Shown here piece by piece: positions 35,201-64,000 of a stretch of 64,000 bases of DNA. Origin of the DNA: Eledone cirrhosa (taxonomy: Eukaryota). Location of the stretch: NCBI GenBank assembly GCA_964016885.1, contig OZ024760.1, positions 4,030,001-4,094,000 of the forward strand, in the 5' to 3' direction. The notes beneath the pieces were generated by a model. That model saw only the letters and a list, made by a program, of their open reading frames with translations, made no database searches and had not been told where the DNA came from. Position 1 is the first letter of the stretch; each line of letters opens with the position of its first letter. The translations under genes were made by a program, and so were the position numbers.

Positions 35201-35491
35201 GGCAGAGTCGTTAAGATGTCGGAATGATTGCTTCAGAGTATTCATCCCCCCCCCCCTCATTGCGTGCTCAGAGTTCAAATCCCACTGTGGTCAACTTTGC
35301 CTTTCGTCCTTTTGAGGTCAATAAAAAAAAAGTACCAGTCTAGTACTGGGGTCAATTCTTCATCTATAGAAAAAAATCAGCTGTGTTCAGACCTGGAGAG
35401 GGTTGGGCTCTGCCAGGTTTAAAAGTGCCCTAGACACACCGTATGATGGTGCCTCTACAACTCCACAAGGAGTTATGGGATCTTTATCCTT

Positions 35492-35523
<32 letters not shown>

Positions 35524-36826
35524 GTGATCTACATGATAAATACAGCCAGTACATGCTGTAAAGTGGTTTGTGTTAGGAAGAGCATCCAGCCGTAGAAAGC
35601 TTTTCAAACAAAGGGCTGTGAGGAGCCCGCAGTCATGTCAAGGACATGACAACCTCCCTAGTGTTAGTGATCTACACAATAAACACACCCAGTACATGCT
35701 GTAAAGTGGTTGGTGATAGGAAGGGCAGCCATCCAGCTGTAGAAATCTTGGCATACAAAGGGTTAGAAAGACCCCTCAGTTGTGTTAAAAACATGACAAC
35801 CTCTCCTGTGCACTCAGTGGGATGTGAAACTGTACATAGGCCACACATAGAACCCTGGCCTACTTAGTGGTCAGTAGCCTTGCTTTAATACTGAATTTGT
35901 CTATGTAGAGAACGTTAAAACGATGATGATGATGATGATACACACACACACACACATACGTAATTAAAATACAAACTTATTTTAAATACATTTTTTTTTT
36001 ATATATAATAAATTTTATTCAAAATGAATGTATTTATCAATTCCCCAAAGTATTTCTTGCAGACTATATATAATGAAGGGTCATTGTAATCTTTTTAAGT
36101 GCTAAAGGTCTCAAAAGCAGTTGACCCGGTTCTGCAGTAAGATATCAAGGGCAACAACAAGAACATCACATCACATCATTATTACACTATAGGGTCGGAC
36201 GCCATGCTTTGCAGCACAGAGTTACGGCCCTTTACGGTCTGAGTTCAAATCCAGCCGCGGTTAACTTTGCCTTTCATCCTTACGGGGTCGATAAAATAAA
36301 GTACCAGTCATGTACTGAGGTAATTGCTGGCCTTGTGCCAAAAGTAGAAACAATTATTACACTATTTAACCTACCTGCCACCCAGTAGGGCAGTGACTTT
36401 GGCCACAGGTTTAAAGATCATCCAAAAGATAGGGGAGGCATAACGATGACTGCTCGTGTGCAAATAAACTGACGGTTGCGGGCTGGTGTTCACCAAAGAC
36501 GGTCCCAGCTGACCAACAAGACCCGATCCGTGCCACCGCGGGCCTGTCCAGGAAGCAAGGGTGATTTGTTGTGAAACGACCCATGGTCGGGGCAGCGAAA
36601 CTGCTGCTCTGGCACCAGGGTGAGGCGATTCGTACAACCGAGTCAAGTGTAAAAACTGTTGTTGATGATGATTACGATGATGGTGGTGGTGGTGGGTTTG
36701 TAGAGATACGACAACGTTTTCGTTCAATAAGGAACCTGGCAAGTTGTAGTTTCGAGCTGTCCGTGCAGCACAGAAGAGATGTTTGTTGGAAAGGTTACCT
36801 AACATATGCCATTTGACCGCTGTCAT
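25108..36826 (-). CDS. OMA1: Metalloendopeptidase OMA1, mitochondrial (peptidase M48), 485 aa
   Basis: Exons 36826-36375, 34908-34680, 33494-33327, 32955-32848, 27706-27578, 26794-26720, 26038-25892 and 25257-25108 are all GT-AG and in frame (1458 nt). Motifs: [23 protein letters not shown] (HEXXH), [21 protein letters not shown]. Confidence 0.96.
25309..25740. repeat. (GGT/GAT)n low-complexity tract
   Basis: Direct reading. Lies in the last OMA1 intron. Confidence 0.9.
28098..28225 (-). ncRNA. Candidate hammerhead ribozyme with very long helix II region
   Basis: Minus strand reads GTTT-CTGAAGA-AGA...(~95 nt with internal hairpin GCAGTTATATA/TATATAACTGT)...TCT-GAAAC-GATG-GTA-AAAC. Confidence 0.5.
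29160..31161 (+). CDS. Penelope-like reverse transcriptase/GIY-YIG endonuclease (N-terminally truncated)
   Basis: 689-aa ORF call at 29092-31161, of which the first ~23 codons are microsatellite. RT and GIY-YIG motifs are intact. Confidence 0.9.
31397..31438 (+). ncRNA. pLTR hammerhead ribozyme (variant with an extra U after the CUGANGA core)
   Basis: ACCA-CTGACGA-T-GTTGCA(GATA)TGCAAC-GAAA-GATT-TA-TGAT. Helix I is weak. Confidence 0.7.
31769..32070. repeat. 109-bp inverted repeat, each arm carrying a hammerhead (31775-31820 minus; 32019-32064 plus)
   Basis: Arms 31769-31877 and 31962-32070. Each reads CTGACGA-ATCCT...AGGAA-GAAAC-ATT-GTA-AGCC-AATAAA. Confidence 0.85.
32511..32803. repeat. 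21-bp minisatellite (GTAGAGGTGTTAGTGGTGAGT)
   Basis: Direct reading, ~14 units. Confidence 0.9.
33034..33174. repeat. Perfect SINE fold-back (62-bp arms, 17-nt loop)
   Basis: 33034-33095 is the exact reverse complement of 33113-33174. Confidence 0.92.
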
Positions 36827-39800
36827 TCCTTTCCTTTAGCGTCTTTCACTTTATTTTTGTTGTTATTATTTTAGTGGTGTTGGTGGTATCGTTTGTAGTT
36901 CCACTGGCGGCGGAGGAATATTTCAGTATTTATTTCAGTGGTTGTTGTTTGTGTTATTGATGTTTCTATTGCTGATGATGATGCTGATCGTCTTACACCT
37001 GTTGTCCTTCCATAATCTCGTACTTACGAAAGTTAGTGTAGCAACAACATAAGTTGTACTAGGAGTATTAGGCAGTTGAAAAATGGAGGGAAAGCGGTGG
37101 ATACAACTGTAATGCGTATATATTCTTGTAGTAATTAATACATTGCTACCTGGGACATATTATACCTGTTTATTTTAAGCGAGATCTTCAGCTTGTATGA
37201 TCGTCTGTCAGTTTCACCGACCGCCAAATATTGCCGAGCTCCGTAACTACATCGTCGTCATTACTTCGTTGAGCTCCGTATCCACTTCGTAACTGTCCGA
37301 TAGTTTGACTCACATGGACGTCTATATTTCGTTCTTCGCTCCCAGTGTCTGCAGTTCCGTAAATTCAGCGGTGAAAAAACTTCGATGTTTGTGAAGGTCG
37401 CAAAAAGAGATGTAATTGATCCAAATATAAAATTGAGCTGTTTGTATTTACTACTTGCTTCTAACTCTCATCATCATTTCTCGTTTCTTCAGATGATATT
37501 ACTGTTTCGCTATAAATTCATAACACATGTTCACCAACGCAGGCACTAATCCACCAGTTCTTAAAATCGTGTCCGCAAATGCAATACTATGGAGTCCGTG
37601 AGCTTGTTGAGAAGATAGAACTTCAAAAATTCGTTTAAGTAAAAGGAGTATTTAGTAATCCAAAGGTTAAAAACCACTGCACCTAAGCTTTCGTTCATAG
37701 TTATCTCCCTTTGACTGATCAGCATTTATATATGGACCCGTAAAATCCGTTCGAGTCTAGTGGCGCCGTAATGGCATACAGCGTGTGTAGGGCATTTTAA
37801 AAACCTGGCGGTGTCCATCCGCTCTCCATATCTGAGCACAACTGATTTTTTTCCAGAGAAGGACAGAGAGAGTGTGTGTGTATGTATGTGAGGAAGAATC
37901 GACCTCGAAAGGGTGAAAGGCAAAGTTGACCTCGGCGGGATTTGAACTCGGAACGCAATGAACCGGGACGAGTACCGAGGTATTTTAAATCCAACCGCCT
38001 AACAATTCTGCCAATTCGCCGCTTTCGTTGGTATATTACTGGTACTTTTTATTGTCGCCCTTCAAATTCGGCAAATCAAACGCGGACCACCCAATATATA
38101 TATTGGAACATTAAGGTACAAAGTAGCACCAAATACATATGAACAAGAAGCTTTTAGACTCAACAGGTTCGTCGCCAAGCTTTAGTACTCGGGATAATGG
38201 TGGGGTGGATGGTTCCAGAACATTCTGAGTGGCCGTTTTAATTCGCAGCAAATTCTTAGGCGGAGTTTCGGAATAAACATATCACTGTAATTTTTTTTTT
38301 TCCGAGGGTGCACCATTGAAAAGTAGACTAGCGATGCCGTCTAATGTCCCGCTTCCTTGGCGACAGAAGCGCGACTGTAGAAGTTGTGTAGCCGTCGCTA
38401 AATCGATCGATCAATCAATATACCTATGTGTTTATCTTTCTAACAGCGTGTTTGTCTATCGATGAATGTCGTTGTTGCCTGACTATCTGTACACATCTAT
38501 TTAAACGCATACCTATGAATCTATTTATTCATTTATCAATATACCTGTAAATTTGTTCTATTCATCTGGTCTAGTAAAATGGCATGATGGCAGGTGGAAT
38601 TTTTTAGAACGTGGGGGAAGGGGTCGTCGCTATTTCTAGCAGTTCTCTGCGAAGATGATCTTTCGTTTGTTCGATTTAGCCATCTTTCTATTTGTCGAGT
38701 ACTCCATTCATCTATTCGCTGGAATTATATCTTTATGTACGTAAGACAGGTAGAAAGACATATATATTAATAGATAGATAGATAGATGATGAGAGATCCG
38801 GTATATTTTCAGAGGGTTGGCAACCGGGTCCGGTAACCGGCAAGCTTGCCAAAAAAAAGCACCGTCTCTATATATGACGTCACTAAGCCAGTTTCTCTGG
38901 AAGGAGATACCTGTGTTGAGAAAGTTGATGTTTTCTTTAATCTATGGGACCGAAACCAAACTAGGAGGCCGTCCGGTACACTTCTGCTCGGCTTTAAAAA
39001 ATGGTATATATATATATTATTGAATAGACATGCTTAACATGCGTATATAGCTGCAATGACACATACAAATCAACGTATATTTGTATATATACTTTTTTTA
39101 ATCTTTTTGTAAATACACGCATATTTCATATGTTTTTGTCACCTCAACAACATTTCATAGCTACGGTGTGAATCGCCAAACGTCTTCCGAATAATATATA
39201 TACATACAATATGCATACCTATTTACTTGGTTGCAACTGTGCGTATATATATATATGTAACACATCACGTTAATATACATACACTTTATATATATATATA
39301 TATTATATTATAAGTACAGATTAAAGTTTAAGCAAAGAATCGCTGCTTTCACCCTTTACGGGATCTTCTGAAACTATATATATATATATAATAGATAGAT
39401 ATTGTCAAGGAGATCGGTTAAAGTCTGTTGTTGATGTGATACATGATGGTGCAGTTTGTATTCTTGTGCCAGAAAGGATTCCAGAAACCAGTAATCGACA
39501 ACAACAACAACGTGATTGGTGCAGGAAAATGTGCTGCAGCGACAGTTATACTGCACTAAATTTTGCAGTTAATTATTATAATAATAATAGTTGTTGTGGT
39601 AGTGGTAATGTAACTACTGAAAAGAAGACAAAAGAAAATCGAACGGCGTTTGAGGAGGAAGAAGAAGAGAAAGAAGAAATAACTGCATTAGTGTTGGTGT
39701 CTGCAGCAGCAACAACAACAACAACAACTGCTGCTGCTGTGATATATGATCATCAATAGTTAGTAGTAGCAACAGTTTGTGACAAAACAAGCACACCAAT

Positions 39801-41022
39801 AGCAACAAGAAAGACACTTAGAAGAAACATCAAGGATATTAGTTATATAGGAGCAACGGAAATATTTTGGTCACAACAACAACTACTGCTACTACAACAA
39901 TAATAGCTATAACGAAATTTAAAACGCGCGCGCGCGCGCACTCTACAGCAACAAGCATTTTACTTGTTTCAACGGGAACAGGAACAAAGATACTTTTAAC
40001 AGCAACAATAACAGCACCAACTACTACTACTACAAGAGCACTTGTCGGGACGGAAACTAAGAGACGAATTCATGTGTTGTAACAAACATTGAAAGAAACA
40101 TACACACACACATACAAACAAAAATAACGTGACATACAGACAGACGGTAGTAAAAAAGAATTCTTAGTTAATAGAAATTCCAAAGAACTGAGATTTATAT
40201 ATATATAGAGAGAGATATTTAATTGTGTAATAAACAACACAATATAATTATTCCATTACCCAAGGTTTCACGAAGTTAGACGATTCCAACAGAAGCGTCT
40301 GAATTCGTTTACCAGAAGGAACCTTTATTTGGATATAAGATATTGTATATATTTATATATATAGAAATAATAACAACCACGAGAGTGAAAGTATTGATGC
40401 TAATTTCCACGAATAGGATATAATAGGAAGGATTAAGCGAGAAAAACAAGCAATGATTGTTTTTAAAAGACGCCAAAATTAAGGACCATATTGTGGAACA
40501 ACCAACAAGCACCACAGCTGTAGCTACAATTTACAACAAACAATATAAAACTATAACTACAGCTTACAACAAATAATTGTTTATATATGACAACTACAAG
40601 TGCTACAAACGAACGTGTGAATCTCTAAGTTGTTGCTCGGCCTGCTAGTAGTAGCTGTGAAATTCCCTCAAATCACACTTCGCCTGCCATCTTGGAATTA
40701 TCCCCCACCCCCCAAAAAAAATAAACCGAAAAATAAAATAAACTCATTGGATAAGGTGATCCTAGACATATTGTGTCTGACAAAATAAGACGGGATGGTC
40801 CCCGCTGGAACGCCTTTCACCATAGGTCTCTTAGATCAGGGCTGACCTGAAGCTAAGCAACACCATAACTGCAATCTATATATATTTATACAAACATACA
40901 TACATTCACATGCACACATATATACATATGTATATATACAACATTAACAAGTACGACAGCCTATTACACATACACGTACAATAGCAATCACAACAACGAG
41001 AAGGAAGAGAAAGAGTACAGAT
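36827..41022. promoter_or_regulatory. Divergent intergenic/5' UTR region between OMA1 and AREL1
   Basis: Lies between head-to-head start codons and is visibly richer in CpG than the introns. CRE-like TGACGTCA at 38875-38882. The TSSs cannot be located from sequence. Confidence 0.4.
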
Positions 41023-63671
<22,649 letters not shown>

Positions 63672-64000
63672 GTATGAAACATTTTTCAAATATATCTTTT
63701 TTTTATTGTTTATGAACCCTTTAACATTTTCATTACACTATATATGCTATTGTATTTTCACGGTAAAGGCTTTACCTCACATAATATCGAATCTATGAGA
63801 TTTTGATATTATTTATTTTGAGAACAATACTTTAACATAAGTATGAGCAGCCAGTTATGGACGGTTTGAACAGAAAGATGTGAGAGAATTCTGACCGTAT
63901 ATAGCCAGTTTAAATGCTAAAGGTTTAATTTAGTTTACTGCAAATTTTCACAAAAATCTGTCCACTAGTAAAGATACTATAAACCTTTAAATGAACAAAC

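Noticed and set aside
37683-37727. Minus-strand CTGATCA...GAAAGCTT
   Set aside because: The core has G8>C and there is no helix I pairing.

Overview
AT-rich, microsatellite-dense eukaryotic DNA. The SINE, LINE and simple-repeat landscape suggests an octopus or other coleoid mollusc (inference). Three spliced genes can be rebuilt by hand: a 218-aa EF-hand protein of the SCP/calexcitin family (+, 6 exons, first intron GC-AG); the mitochondrial protease OMA1 (-, 8 exons, 485 aa, HEXXH); and the 5' part of the HECT ligase AREL1 (+, 8 exons in the window, head-to-head with OMA1). Mobile DNA includes a 5'-truncated Penelope-like element (RT + GIY-YIG), a near full-length CR1/L2-group LINE, CR1, RTE and R4-like fragments, tRNA-type SINEs, and piggyBac-like and Tigger-like MITEs. 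The main unexpected signal is non-coding. The 470-bp tandem array at 1-3011 carries one type I hammerhead ribozyme per unit. A diverged relative at 13.2-14.1 kb keeps the same layout and compensated hairpins. Together they look like a non-LTR retrozyme (circRNA-type) family. More than ten further hammerhead motifs of Penelope pseudo-LTR type are scattered on both strands, and some have become perfect fold-back palindromes centred on helix II. All RNA structures were paired by eye and none was computed or tested.
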